A DNA stretch of 63,961 bases, the filler included, from Octopus bimaculoides (lineage: Eukaryota), in the NCBI RefSeq assembly GCF_001194135.2. It is 3 parts of 3 records of this genome, joined end to end, with 100 filler letters (N's around TTAATTAATTAA, not from the genome) between each part and the next. Parts side by side here need not be neighbours in the genome. Positions count along the whole stretch, not along the records: positions 1 to 29,902 come from NC_068981.1; positions 30,003 to 55,886 come from NC_068986.1; 1 more part is not named here. One strand, written 5' to 3'. A program made the position numbers and the translations under genes. The notes below the pieces were generated by a model. The model did not search any database and had not been told where the DNA came from. It saw only the letters and a list, made by a program, of their open reading frames with translations. Positions 27,519 to 40,087 of the stretch are shown here, piece after piece (position 1 is the first letter of the stretch; the number at the start of each line of letters is the position of its first letter).

Positions 27519-29468
27519 GCTCAAATATCAAACATCTTTAATGACTGGTATACTACTAACAATATTTTCTGAACATGGTATGAATGTAGACAACCATTAA
27601 AAAAATTCCATAAGGTGGTTATTCTATTATGAATTTAATGCTAAGATTTTAGCCCATTAGCATTCAAATTACAGTGTCAAAATGCAATGCACAGTTTTCA
27701 ATTAATTGTACATCATCTTACAACCTCGAGATTTTGACAATGTGATTATTTATAGGATAGGTGTAGGCGGCCAGATCTGGCCAGTTTGTACATGAAACAA
27801 GTAGAATATTTTGGCTGGATCTGGCCAGTTTAAATACCAATGGGTAATGTAAGTGATATTACATAATATAAGCACCGACATGAAACAAGTCCACTGAAAG
27901 TCCAGTCACATACCTATCGCTTCCTGGTTGACTATGCTACCAATTACAAAACACAATACCAACCATTCTATCCCACTGCCTCAAATTAAATATGAAAATT
28001 TAATTCTGTTATTTAAAGTATTTAGAGGAGATAAAATATCATCATCATGATGGCTTGACAAGGCTGGCACACTGGAAAGGCAGCACCAGACTCTAGTCTC
28101 ATTTGGCATGGTTTTCTATGGCTGGATGCCATTCCTAACACCAACCACTCCAAGAGTATAATGGATGCTTTTATGTGCCACCAGCACTGTTGCCATTTGC
28201 ATGACACTGTAGTGTAATTAGTAAAGCAGTTGCTGGACAAGCATTAGTTTGAATAGAAAGTTGTGGGAGTGCTATCCCAAAGCAGTACTTACAAAGTTCT
28301 TACAACGATGATATAATTTTAGCTATAAAGGTACCATTATAAATGAATTAGTTTCCCAGGGAAACCAGCAATAGGTGGTATGCAAAACTGTCACAAATGT
28401 AAATGAAACTCAAGTAGGTGAATGTCAAAATAACCAATGTATCCTTTGAATAGCAATCTTAACTTTACTTTTCTCAAAATTTCCAAAATGGAAAGAGTTG
28501 GATATCTAGCAGCAGTAATTCGGCTAAGGAAGATCCAAAATACTCTCCCTTTCCCTAAGCCTTTAACTCCTTATGGAGTGCTGTTGTGGTATATGACATA
28601 TCTAGGCATCTAAAGCTAGTGGAGCCCATCCCTCTGCAATATCTGACCAAAGCCAATTGTTCCAGAAAGAAAAAAAAAATAGAGAGATGAATTGATACAA
28701 ACTAAGTTGGTACTTTATATATTTACTCCAAAGGGATGAAAAGCAAAATTGACCATGACAGGATTTGAATTCCAGTATTCATTCCTCTAACAAATTTGCC
28801 ATCGATAAAACGTCCTTAGAATAATTACAAAAGAACATCCAACAAACTACCAAAGGATTTGCTATGCAATTATATTTGTGCAATCTTGTAAAAAAAATTG
28901 CTACTTTTGAGAACACCCTAGTTCATGCCTTTATCAAATTAATTCTACAAAGTTTTGAAGGAAATGGCTACACTAATTTCATACTACAATCCCAAAACTA
29001 CTGCATATTATATGTAGCGTAAAAATATGAATTAGAGAAAGGAGAGAAATCCTAGCTCAGATAATTGCATTATAAAATGTGATAGTAAATGCCATTTTTG
29101 TGTACTTTATATCATTAAATTGTTTCTTGGGGTTTTTTAAAACTCTTTTTACTTTTTCCACTCGTTGAACTGCGGTAATGCTGGTGCACTGCATTGAAAG
29201 GTTTTCATTGAACAAACAGAAGCCCTGCACTTATTTTTTTTTTTAATTTGATACTTATTCTTTCAGATTCTATTGGCAGACCGCTAAGTTATGTAAACAC
29301 TTTTTGTCAAACGGTGGAGCGAACCAATACATACACATGACGGGCTTCCACAGTTTTCGTCTATCAAATTCTCTCACAAAGTACTGGTCGCTCCAGGACT
29401 AAAAAAAGAAGGCACCTGCAGCACAATGTTTGTTCATCTTATGGTAGTTGGTCAGAATTTTGGCTTAC

Positions 29469-29598
29469 CTTCGTTTTGAGCATCGAGGTTTAAGAAGTGG
29501 TGTAAACTGTTCTCAAAACAGAAGGATCGCCGTAATTTTAAAGGAAAATTTACAGAGAAAAGTTTAAGATTTCTATCCTCCATACAATTTATGTTCAT
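29469..29598 (-). CDS. MARCHF6: Candidate MARCH6 first coding exon: MNINCMEDRN...HHFLNLDAQNE(D)
   Basis: Donor GAAG|gtaagc at 29468. The ORF from ATG 29598/29583 ends in phase 1, matching exon 2. It lies where CpG depletion ends. The 5' boundary is unknown. Confidence 0.5.
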
Positions 29599-29599
29599 C

Positions 29600-29781
29600 A
29601 CATAGAATTCTTCTCGTGTTTATGTTTAGAATTCTAGTCTTTGGTCCACGTTTTAAAATTAGTGACTAAAAATACTCAAGTTTACTAAATTTCGAACTTT
29701 AAGATCAGGTAGTTGGGATTAGAAAGGTCAACTAACACCAAAAACACTTGATGCTTGAACACGCGTAAATGCGTGTTTGTT

Positions 29782-29830
<49 letters not shown>

Positions 29831-29857
29831 ACATATATATGCATATACTCATATATT

Positions 29858-29902
<45 letters not shown>

Positions 29903-30450
29903 NNNNNNNNNNNNNNNNNNNNNNNNNNNNNNNNNNNNNNNNNNNNTTAATTAATTAANNNNNNNNNNNNNNNNNNNNNNNNNNNNNNNNNNNNNNNNNN
30001 NNATATATATATATATATATATATACCTACACCTATACATGAATATATGTATGTCTCTCTCTCTCTCTCTCCCCACACACGCACACACACACGAATACCT
30101 CGCTTTACGGGCGTAATGCGTTCCAGAAAATCTGGTTGTAGCGCGAAATTTCGTAGTATCAAATTCATTTTCCTATTGATTTTCATATTATCAAGCGGGG
30201 TTGCGTTTCTACGTATTTTTACAAAAGGAAACACAAAAAAACAACAACGGAGAATAAACAACACGATCACCTTTATACATGAAAATATCCACTTCTATAT
30301 ATACACGGTGCAATATAGTTACGCAAAAACACAAAAGAACATTTCAAGAGGAATACTTTAGGGAATTAATAAGAACCGTAATATCGTAAGAGTATGTTCT
30401 TACCACAAAAAATGTGGACGATTGTGTGAGGGGAGGTGGTGGAACGAGCG
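29600..30450 (-). promoter_or_regulatory. Probable MARCH6 promoter / 5' region
   Basis: Unique CpG-containing sequence just upstream of the candidate exon 1. E2F-like TTTCGCGC at 30141-30148 (minus). Interrupted by (AT)n and a gap. Confidence 0.35.
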
Positions 30451-30675
30451 TCACTATGAGGATGATGAACAATATTTACTATCTTATAGCTCATCGTCAC
30501 GAACATCAGCTTGAGGGGTGAAGGGCTTATCCAAAGTTGTTTGTGGTTTATGACGCATTATCTTTTTTGTACAGATAAGCATAGGAACGGAGTCCATTGT
30601 GAACTCCTCTTGTAATTTTTATGTTACGTTCACGATTAGGATCATTATCAGCAAATCCCTGTAGACCTTGCTCTT

Positions 30676-31683
30676 CGAGGTGGTATCAAAAGGTTCCAGG
30701 ACTAGTTATTTCTAATAAAAATAACTTATTTACCTAAGTTTTAACATCGTCTCCTTCGAAATAGTCACCTTACGCAGCAGTTCACCAGTTCCAGCGTTCC
30801 CGTCACTTTGGGAATCCCGCCTGGAAGTCATTTTCCGTAAGTGAGTCGAGGACAATCAGCGATTCGCTCTGGATCTCGACAACAATGTTAAAACGGCGAC
30901 CTTTGGGCTGCATTTTCATCTTGGGGAAGAGATGGAAGTCCGCAGGTGCTAAATCTGTCAAATTGGGCGAGTGCAGAAGCGATATCATGTTGTTTTTGGT
31001 AAGAAACTCACGAGTGAAGAGAGATTGGTGACAGGGTGCATTGTCGTCGTGAAGAATCCAATTCTTCGCTCTCTTCAGTTCCGGTCGCTTTCGCCGAATG
31101 TCCTCCCTCAAACGCTTCAAGACGTCACAGTAGAACTCTCGATTGATCGTCTGGCCCTGGGGGACGAACTCTCGATTGATCGTCTGGCCCTGGGGGACGA
31201 ACTCTCGATTGATCGTCTGGCCCTGGGGGACGAACTCTCGATGCACACTACCACATTTCNNNNNNNNNNCGAACTCTCGATTGATCGTCTGGCCCTGGGG
31301 GACGAACTCTCGATGCACACTACCACATTTCCGGGGCAAGTCTTCCAGGGACGTTCTTCCGCTTTTGAAGTGCCCGTGCCACTCGAAACATTACGTAAGA
31401 GCCATTGCTTCGCCGCCGTAAGCTTACCGAAGGGTACTCAATGTCTCTGTAATAGACTTCCTAAGTTCAACGCAAAATTTCACGTTGGCTCTTTGCTCCA
31501 GTCCATAACAAAACCGCAGACTACAGCATACACGTGATCACAGAAACACAAGTTTCACAACTTGCGAAGTAAACACAGTAATGTCATTTGGCAAACTACT
31601 AGCTCTCATTGCACACGCAGCCGTGAGCTGTCATCTGTTGGCGCGCTACAGAACTTGTCCGGGAACTTTTTGATACCTCCTCG
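30676..31683 (-). mobile_element. Mariner (DD34D) element, internally deleted, both TIRs present
   Basis: TIRs cgaggtggtatcaaaaggttccaggactag / cttgtccgggaactttttgatacctcctcg, with TA on the right. Transposase motifs WILHDDNAPCH and SPNLTDLAPADFHLFPKMK. Confidence 0.93.
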
Positions 31684-31749
31684 TATAAGTGCCAAGCCTT
31701 TAGCAGTAATTTTTGCGAACAATTTAAGTGGTGTAGGTGGAAATTCCGT

Positions 31750-33190
31750 TGTTTCATATGTCTTCTAAGCTTGTTCTCTTCCTAACAGCTTCAGCTCCTT
31801 GTCAGGTAATCTTTCTTCCTGGGACACTAGCAACTCAAACGCATCATCGTCTATAACATCTTAAAATTCTACATCCTATGCAAGTGTCACACTATCTTTT
31901 CGAATTTGGTGTAGAGTTTCTGCATGAGGAAACCATTAATGCCACGGATATAGTCTGGCTATATATTTTTCCACGCATTATTTATAATTGAAGGCGTCAC
32001 TTCATTCTATGACTTGCCTCTATCATTCACAGCATCTATTATGTAGATTTTTTTCTAGAAATCTCTAATTGTAAGTTTATTCTCCCTGTCAATTGCTTTC
32101 ATAAGTTGTTTGATAGTTCTTTTCATACAATATGCCTTGAAGTTAGCTATCACTTTCTCATTCATTGGCTAGAGCAAAGAAGTTGTATTCTTTGGGATAT
32201 ATTCTTCTCATAAATTATCAGAAAAATCATCTATGTTCACTGGCTGGCTCGGTGTATTGTCTAAAAGAAACAATGCTTTGTTGGAAATATTATGTCTGGC
32301 ACTGTACCTTTCTATTGCAGGACAAAAACGTCAACCACTCTTTGATAAGGTCCTAATCCTTGAAAGTCCTTAGATTTTCGGAGTAATACACGTGTAGGGG
32401 CTTTAATTTCATATCATCAGTAGCATTTCCTCCCAAAAGAAATATCAGACGATTTTTGGAGGTTCTAAATCCTGGTGTTGATTTTTCTTGATGAGAAATA
32501 AAGTTCTATTAGGCATGTGCTTCCAGAACGGTGCAATTTAACCAACATAGTATACTTGCTCTGGTGTGTTGCCCCCTTCAGGAATAATTTTCTTCAAATG
32601 CTCGAGATAATTAGTACCAGCCTGTGTATCAACACTCGCAGTTTCGTCTGTGATTTTTATGTTGTGCAAATTCATGCGCTTCTTAAACCTTTCAAACCAG
32701 ATTTTACTAGTCAAAAAGGACTTTTCATTAGAAATTTTACCATCCTTTTTCTGAAAATCATCGTATAAACTTTTGACTTTTTTTTTTTTTTGAATTACCA
32801 TCATGTTTTGGCACATTATGCCGATTCTGATCCTCGATCCATACACCCAAGTGTCGTTCTATTTTAAGCATTACTGTAGACATTGAACACTTGTCATAAT
32901 TTTCTCTGTTGTCAAATATTGTTCCTACGTTGCAAGATTTAATGTCTTGTCAAACTTAGTTATACTTCAGCATCAAATCTTTTTAAAACATCCAAGTTTA
33001 ATATCCAGTGTAATCTCTTGACGGTTCCTTTTCACTCTAGGGCCTTCAGGTTTACTTGATAGCTTCTTTCCAGACGTCTTAAAGCGAAGGCAAATCCTAT
33101 AGCAGCTGCGATTAATTATCCACAACAAATGTGCAGTAAAAAAAAAATGACCCAGGAAAGATCCGATTTGTGAGCGGAAAATTGTCATAT
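31750..33190 (-). mobile_element. Tigger/pogo transposase remnant
   Basis: KRNRQEITLDIKL (CENP-B-type HTH) and SKIWFERFKKRMNLHNIKITDETASVD...PEQVY match the Tigger1-like layout. Confidence 0.85.
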
Positions 33191-33734
33191 TTCTACTGAT
33201 GTAATAATGAAAATGAAATGAAAAGATGAAGGACTGAGGAAGAGAAAAGTACTATGTTGATTACAGTAAGCTGAAGGGTCACTAGATTTTATAGACAATA
33301 CGCCCATTGTACTTCTGACTGAAGGTGCGCGCGCACACACACATACACACACACAAATTTACTCATGCACACTCGTGTCAGCGTACATGCTGATATCTGT
33401 TGTAGCTAGTTGAATTCAAAAGTCAGGGTGTTGATAGTGGTGATGATGTAGATTGTGGATGACATTGTGATGGTGGACAGGTATTGTATTGTTAGTGGTG
33501 TGGTGGTTATATTATTTTTGCTAATTGTATTGTTGTTACTGTTTAGTCTCAAGTGGACCCCCCCCCCCCATAGAATTAAGATCAAAAGCATTTCATTCAA
33601 CTTTTAAAATACACTAGGATACCACATTAAATGGTTTTATTTGAAATTCATTTGCTTATCTACTTCATATTAAAAATTTCTGTTGCTGGTTGTATTCGTG
33701 TTGGATAGAAACACATACATAAACACACGTTCAA

Positions 33735-33768
<34 letters not shown>

Positions 33769-35129
33769 GCACATTGTGTACGTTATATATATATGTTTTT
33801 ATGTGTCTAATATGATAATAGTTTTTCAAATCGTTAACTATACACTTTGATCTTAATTAAAACGAAAGTGCCCACTGAGCTAAGTAGAAAGTATAGTTTC
33901 TAATTGTTAGCAATTTAAAACACAATACGAGTTTCCGTAAGAGAGAAATTACAGATCGTGTCCTGAAATTAAAGGTCGTATTTTTCAATTTCTATAAGTA
34001 CGAAATTCCGTAACTTGCGGTGGCCGCAACGCGGAGGATACCTAAAACACTCATGCACACGACTAAGAGAAATCAACTAAAGCTGTCACCGGTATGAAAC
34101 ACAACCAACAAATGTAGTGAGAAAAACGTAGAATGAAGGGAAAAAGGGGTTAGTGGAGGGAAGAAGTGTTTTCTTATATTCATTTCCCAGGAGACACCGT
34201 CACTGATTTTGGAACTGTTGTTTTGGCAATCGTTTGGTCAAAGTGCAACGCCCAGAGACATCGTTTTAACAATATATACACAAGACAGTTTACATCAGTC
34301 TCAATATAATTTATTAAAAACAAACAAGTGACGTCAACATGATCATGATGAAGATGACGACGACGACGACGATAATGATTTAATGATAATGATGGTAGTG
34401 GTAATAATAATGTTGTTGTTGGTGGTGTTTTATGATGATTATGATTAGTCAGTTTTTCGGCTCCAAAGTAGACCAGAGGAATTTGGCAAATTGTCAACAA
34501 TATCCCGTGTGCGTATATCTGTGTGCGCGTGTGTGTGTGCGCATGTCTGTGTGCGCNNNNNNNNNNNNNNNNNNNNNNNNNNNNNNNNNNNNNNNNNNNN
34601 NNNNNNNNNNNNNNNNNNNNNNNNNNNNNNNNNNNNNNNNNNNNNNNNNNNNNNNNNNNNNNNNNNNNNNNNNNNNNNNNNNNNNNNNNNNNNNNNNNNN
34701 NNNNNNNNNNNNNNNNNNNNNNNNNNNNNNNNNNNNNNNNNNNNNNNNNNNNNNNNNNNNNNNNNNNNNNNNNNNNNNNNNNNNNNNNNNNNNNNNNNNN
34801 NNNNNNNNNNNNNNNNNNNNNNNNNNNNNNNNNNNNNNNNNNNNNNNNNNNNNNNNNNNNNNNNNNNNNNNNNNNNNNNNNNNNNNNNNNNNNNNNNNNN
34901 NNNNNNNNNNNNNNNNNNNNNNNNNNNNNNNNNNNNNNNNNNNNNNNNNNNNNNNNNNNNNNNNNNNNNNNNNNNNNNNNNNNNNNNNNNNNNNNNNNNN
35001 NNNNNNNNNNNNNNNNNNNNNNNNNNNNNNNNNNNNNNNNNNNNNNNNNNNNNNNNNNNNNNNNNNNNNNNNNNNNNNNNGTATATATATATATATATAT
35101 ATATATGAAAAAAGATCCTGAGGTTTGAA

Positions 35130-35520
35130 GTTGTGCTCGGATTACATGTGGTTGAATGGGAATAGGAAATATCTACAGACATCCTGGTGCAAAGACTATC
35201 CAAATTACGTCAATGTGGTCGAAATCAGATGCCAGACTTATCTTGGTCGAACTGACAGTCCCTTATGAGAGATAAGTAGATGAACAACATATTAAGAAAT
35301 ATGATAACCTTGTGAAAGAACCCTCAAAAGTGGGGTACTCTTGCACAGTAAAGGCAGTGGATTTTGGCGCACGAGTGTTTGTCGTAACCTCCATGTGCCA
35401 AGTATTATGTTGGCCCAGAATCAAAGGCTGCAAAACAACAGCGACGATGAAACGCCGGTCAGAGACCGCTGAGAAGAACTCAATGCAATTACAGGCGAAG
35501 AGAAATGATTGCTGAAGCTG
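35130..35520 (+). mobile_element. RLE-type non-LTR retrotransposon C-terminal remnant (HERO/NeSL-like)
   Basis: Encodes WSKSDARLILVELTVPYE...KKYDNLVKE...VKAVDFGAR, resembling the restriction-like endonuclease motif PD..LIELTVPWE...K..KY. Confidence 0.65.
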
Positions 35521-36401
35521 AAAGGGAATACAATAAGCTATTAAACATAGTAGGAAGGAAACCCTGTTTGAAGCAGTACAAGTTCTTGCGGTAGTCTTTG
35601 TGGCCGAACGACAAGCTCATTTGAAGATGCCAAGTTCAATCTCCTCTAAAAACAGCATTTCAAAAACAGTAGTCATTATCTAAGTGGGCCTAGTTCCCCT
35701 AGAGCAGTGGTTCCCAAAGTGGGCGGTATTGCCTCCCTGGAGGCGGTGAAAATCACCAAGAGTGGGGCGATAATGGGGTCACGATTCATGTAAAAACAAC
35801 AAAATAATGAGTTCATCAGGTTAGACATTATTTGTGAAATACAGTTGCTTTGAATTTGTTTCAGAAAGAGGTCTATCTTTGTGATGGTTTGGTTGGGGTG
35901 TTAGAAACTATCGGGCTGAAACACTTGTTTGACGAAAAGTTTTTCCTCTGAAGATTACTCCTGCTGTCCGTTCGCCCCGTCGTTAGTTTCTACTTAAGTA
36001 TACTAGTAGTACTAGTATGAAGGCTGTAACATTTGTTAGTGATTCCCTACTACTTCTGTCGGATGACACTTTAGCAAAACTCAGTTGACAATCTTCCAAT
36101 CCATGGGTCTGTTTGGCTAGTCGTTGCTTGTGAGGATTTTACGAGGTCGGAGTGAAAATCCTACCTCAGCCATTTTCTTAGTCGACTTTTACGAGATGCA
36201 AAGGAAACGTTGGTTCTATTATTTGATATGTCAGTCTTCACACAACATTTTACAAAAGTAGTTAAAAAAAATTGATTTTGGCACCATAACGGCAAATTCA
36301 AAAATGACGGAGTATCCTCCTCCTCTTAAGCATCTAAATGCATTGCATGTGTGTGTGTGTGCCTGCATATGGATGTAAATATATTAAATATATATGTATA
36401 T

Positions 36402-36673
36402 AAATTTAAATAATTAGAAAATGGAGAAAACTTTTGATCAACAAACAAGTAGGACCACATCTGTAGATTATTTTTTAATACAAAACATGACATAACATTT
36501 CTATGACATAACATTTCTTACGGTCGTTTCCGCTTCCAATGCCAGTCGGTGCTTACAACTAGCATTGGAAGCGGAAACGGCCGTAAGAAATGTTATGTCA
36601 TAGAAATGTTATGTGGTCCAATTTGTTTGTTTATTGGTGAAAAGTTTTCTCCATTTTCTGATTATTTAAATTT
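36402..36673. repeat. Foldback palindrome with a 52-bp near-perfect core stem
   Basis: Arms 36491-36542 / 36562-36613 with one G-T pair. Outer imperfect arms extend to 36402 and 36673. Confidence 0.9.
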
Positions 36674-36880
36674 GATTCCTGATAAACCTTTGTTTATTTT
36701 TTTGCTAGCTGTACCCTACGAGCATAGTGTGCCTGCATACCCATGCCCAGGGATAGCACAGATAACTGATACCGACAGTAAATCCGGATATTTTTATCCC
36801 TTAGTCGATTACTACAACCGCTAACTCTGCTTACCTTTGGTGTATATATATATGTCTAGTATAGTCCACAATTGGGCTCT

Positions 36881-36913
<33 letters not shown>

Positions 36914-37719
36914 NNNNNNNNNNTTGAAAATGAGGTGTTGGTTTGTTTATATCCTCGTAACTTAGCTCTAAGCGTTTCGCCCGGCGTGCCAACGATTCTG
37001 CCCGCTCGCTGCCTTAAAGTTTGATGTAATAATAACATACCTATCTACTTACGTATCTATCTGTGTGTGTGTGTGTGTGTGCTTAGTCGTTGATTGTTCC
37101 AATCTGAAAGGTCGGTGGAAGATATAATCATCGATTATATAAATACTGACAATTTTAACAGTTTTTATTTATAGAAATTTCTTTCTTTTGACTCAGCAGA
37201 AGGCCATTTTTCGTTTGCTTGTTATTTTAAGTGGAACTGGGTGGAGGTCTACATTTGATAAAATCGATACTACAAACTTAGGACTATAAAATATCTTACT
37301 GGGTATCGATCCTACTGTTTTACTCCATCAGTCTGATCAAATGTGTTGCTATAGTGATGTCTTTCTGTAGACACACAACCTTCGTAGGGAGGTTGTGTGT
37401 GTATGTCTATAGGTGCAGTCGTGGCTGTTTGACTAAGAAGCTTACTTTCAAACCATGTAGTACTAGGTTCAGTTCTACTGCGCGGTATCTTCGGCAAGCC
37501 TTGTGAGTGGATTTGATAGAAAGAAACAGGCCTGTCGTACATGTGAGTGTGTCCGTTATGTTTGTCCCTCACCACCATTTGATAACTGGTGATAATTTGC
37601 TGATGTCCCAGTAACTTATCGGTTTGGCCTCATTGAATAAGTATCAAATAAAAAAAAATTCAAATATTGTGATCGATTTGTTCCACAAACCCCTTTAAGG
37701 CGATGCCCCAGCATGGGGC

Positions 37720-38225
37720 TAAAATAGTTATCTATGCATCCTAGATAGTTCTCCACACGCGGTCTTATCACAGCGCAGATTGCGACACAGACCACTCCTT
37801 GGTATGCTGCAAGATCAGGCTACAACCCAAAAAGGTCCACCGTGCAAAGAAACCGGGGACCCCACACATCGATGTCAACAAGATGTCTCAGCCTGACCTT
37901 GTAGAACAGTTTGCAGATGCTTTTGAGGAGGAGTATGATGCAACACAGTCCAGAGATACTGACACAGAGATGGGAAATTCTGCGAGACACAATCCATCGC
38001 ACAGCCAAGTCTATCTTCGGAAAGAAGACCTCAAAGTCACCTGACTGGTTCGAGGCCAAGTCGCTTGAGATGACCTCTGTCATTGAGGCCAAACGAGACG
38101 CACTGGCGGAATACAAGCGGTCACCCTCTGAGAGGAACCTGCAGATTCTAAGGGCTGCCAGGAGCAAGGTCCAGCACACCGCCAGGCGCTGCACCACTGA
38201 GTACTGGACAGAGCTTAGCGAGTCG
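37720..38225 (+). mobile_element. RTE/BovB-like LINE fragment
   Basis: WEILRDTIHRTAKSIFGKKTSKSPDWFEAKS...RAARSKVQHTARRC is a typical RTE EN-RT linker. Confidence 0.8.
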
Positions 38226-38249
38226 AATGTCGAATTTTTGTTAAAGTAT

Positions 38250-39000
38250 TTCACTTAACATCTTCCGATAGAATATATTTAAATAACTTGTGTGGAAGCC
38301 CCTTATATGGACTATTGTACCTGTCATTTAAAAGTTCTTCGTGATATACAGGGTCATATTCGGGGTACACATGTCTGATGCACTCAGCTACATACGCAAG
38401 TAAACCAGTGGGGAAGTAGTTCAGTTGATCAAACAAGTGGAATAGTCATCGTCGAAACCGTCGAATGATTTACTTTTATGTTTGTATGAGACTGCGTGTG
38501 AATGCGTTTGCTAACATAACTGTGTGTCTCTGCATGCATAACAATGTATGCGTAAATGTTTGTTGTTGTGGTGAAGCCCGCGGTCAGCCACAGTCCATGG
38601 TGGCGCTAGAACGATGAATCAGATCCACAGAGCTATTCTTCCAGATAAGCAACTTCTCTATCTCGTTGAAGACATCATGGCATAAGCATATTCTGAAGTG
38701 ACGAATCGTGACGGTTTGGCATATTGCACTCATTCTACAGTTCAATGTATCTCTCCAATTTGATGTTATTGTTTTGTAGTCAAGGTTAGTTGTTGTGGAG
38801 CGAAGTTTCTGGAAGACTGATGTAGGGCTGTAATTGTTGATGAGGCTTGAAGCAGTATCTGGAGGATGATGGGAGGACCTGAGTGTCATGTAATCTGCAT
38901 ATGATTGAGTTCGTATGTTTTGTGGAGGTGTTGGAAGGACGTGTAGGCATAATCTTTTACCTGTTTCAGTCGATACACTGCTGCCATACTGGGGCATTTC
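38250..39000 (-). mobile_element. Penelope-like element remnant
   Basis: Decayed peptide QYGSSVSTETGKRLCL resembles the PLE RT-to-EN linker. Confidence 0.45.
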
Positions 39001-39340
39001 CTTGAAGAATTTTTAGTCTAATGTGTCGACCCCAATACTTATTTCTTAAAGCCTGGTACTTATTTTATCGGTATTTTATGTCGAGCCGCTAAGTTACGGG
39101 GAGATAAATACACCCGTACGGATTGTCAAGAGGTGGTGGGAAATACAAACACACACACACACACACATTCACGCACACATACACGACGGGCATTCTCAGT
39201 TTCCATTTACCATATCCATTCACAAGGCTTGGTTGGTCCGACGCTTTTGTAGAAGACACTTGCTCAAGACGTCACGCTGTGGACTGAACCCCGAACCATG
39301 TGGTTGGGAACCAAGCTTCTTACCACGCAGCCACGCCTGT
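39000..39340 (-). mobile_element. Two adjacent tRNA-SINEs (Nin-like family followed by CORE-like family)
   Basis: gagccgctaagttacgggg block, (CA)n, then ...cgacgggc...ggactgaaccccgaaccatgtggttggg. Confidence 0.75.
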
Positions 39341-39830
39341 GTCTAAAAGAAATTAAATGTATGAGAGCGTAGATCAGTGAGATACACCATCTGTGAAATT
39401 GCAGGTTCTGAAAAGTCTGACAGGTAGTCCAATAGTCAACATTTTGAATTGTTTCTTCAGCAGTTGTAGAATATTTTTTTGTATGAATGGAAGGCTTTGC
39501 TGATGTCCATGCTTATCAGAATGCTACATGTGGGAGGCGTTTTGTTGAAATAATTGTGCATTTTCTGTGTTAGGTTTATAAATAAGATTGTGGTTGAATA
39601 TTGTAGTGTAAATGTGTGTTATGTTGTCAAGAGGGAGATGTCTAGATTTGATAGTTTAGAATCTTTGAAGATGTACATAGAAGGGGTTAAGGTCCGTTAC
39701 TTTACTTTGATTTTTATTGAGATTTTTTTATTGCTATAAGTTTGTCAACTTACCAGATCCAGGGTATTTGATACATATAGTTGATGATGGTGACTGTAAT
39801 GATTCCGCAAGTCTCTTGAATGCTTTAGAT

Positions 39831-40087
39831 TAGTGTTTCTCAACTGGAGTTCACATGACCCTTGGGGGTTCATAATAAGATTTTGCCGTTAAAATTTATC
39901 TGCAATAAATTGGTTATACTTCTACAGTTCACAAAATATTTTAATAATTTTTTAATACAATTCCTAATAATATTTAATTATAAAAATAAAATGGGATTTT
40001 TAAAACTATCGAATGGTTGTGGGGGCCCACCTGAATAAAATAGGAATGAAAGGTGGTCCATTGGTAAGAAATGGTTGAGAATCACTG
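39831..40087. mobile_element. hAT (Charlie-type) MITE with 8-bp TSD
   Basis: TIRs tagtgtttctcaac / gttgagaatcactg. Perfect CTTTAGAT duplication at 39823-39830 and 40088-40095. Confidence 0.9.

Noticed and set aside
29947-29958. TTAATTAATTAA island between N runs (also at 55931-55942)
   Set aside because: An identical 12-mer with stops in all six frames, embedded in gaps. This is a scaffolding pad, not biology.
34190-34310. Possible plus-strand exon after tttcccag (GDTVTDFGTVVLAIVWSKC...)
   Set aside because: No recognisable homology and no partner exons.
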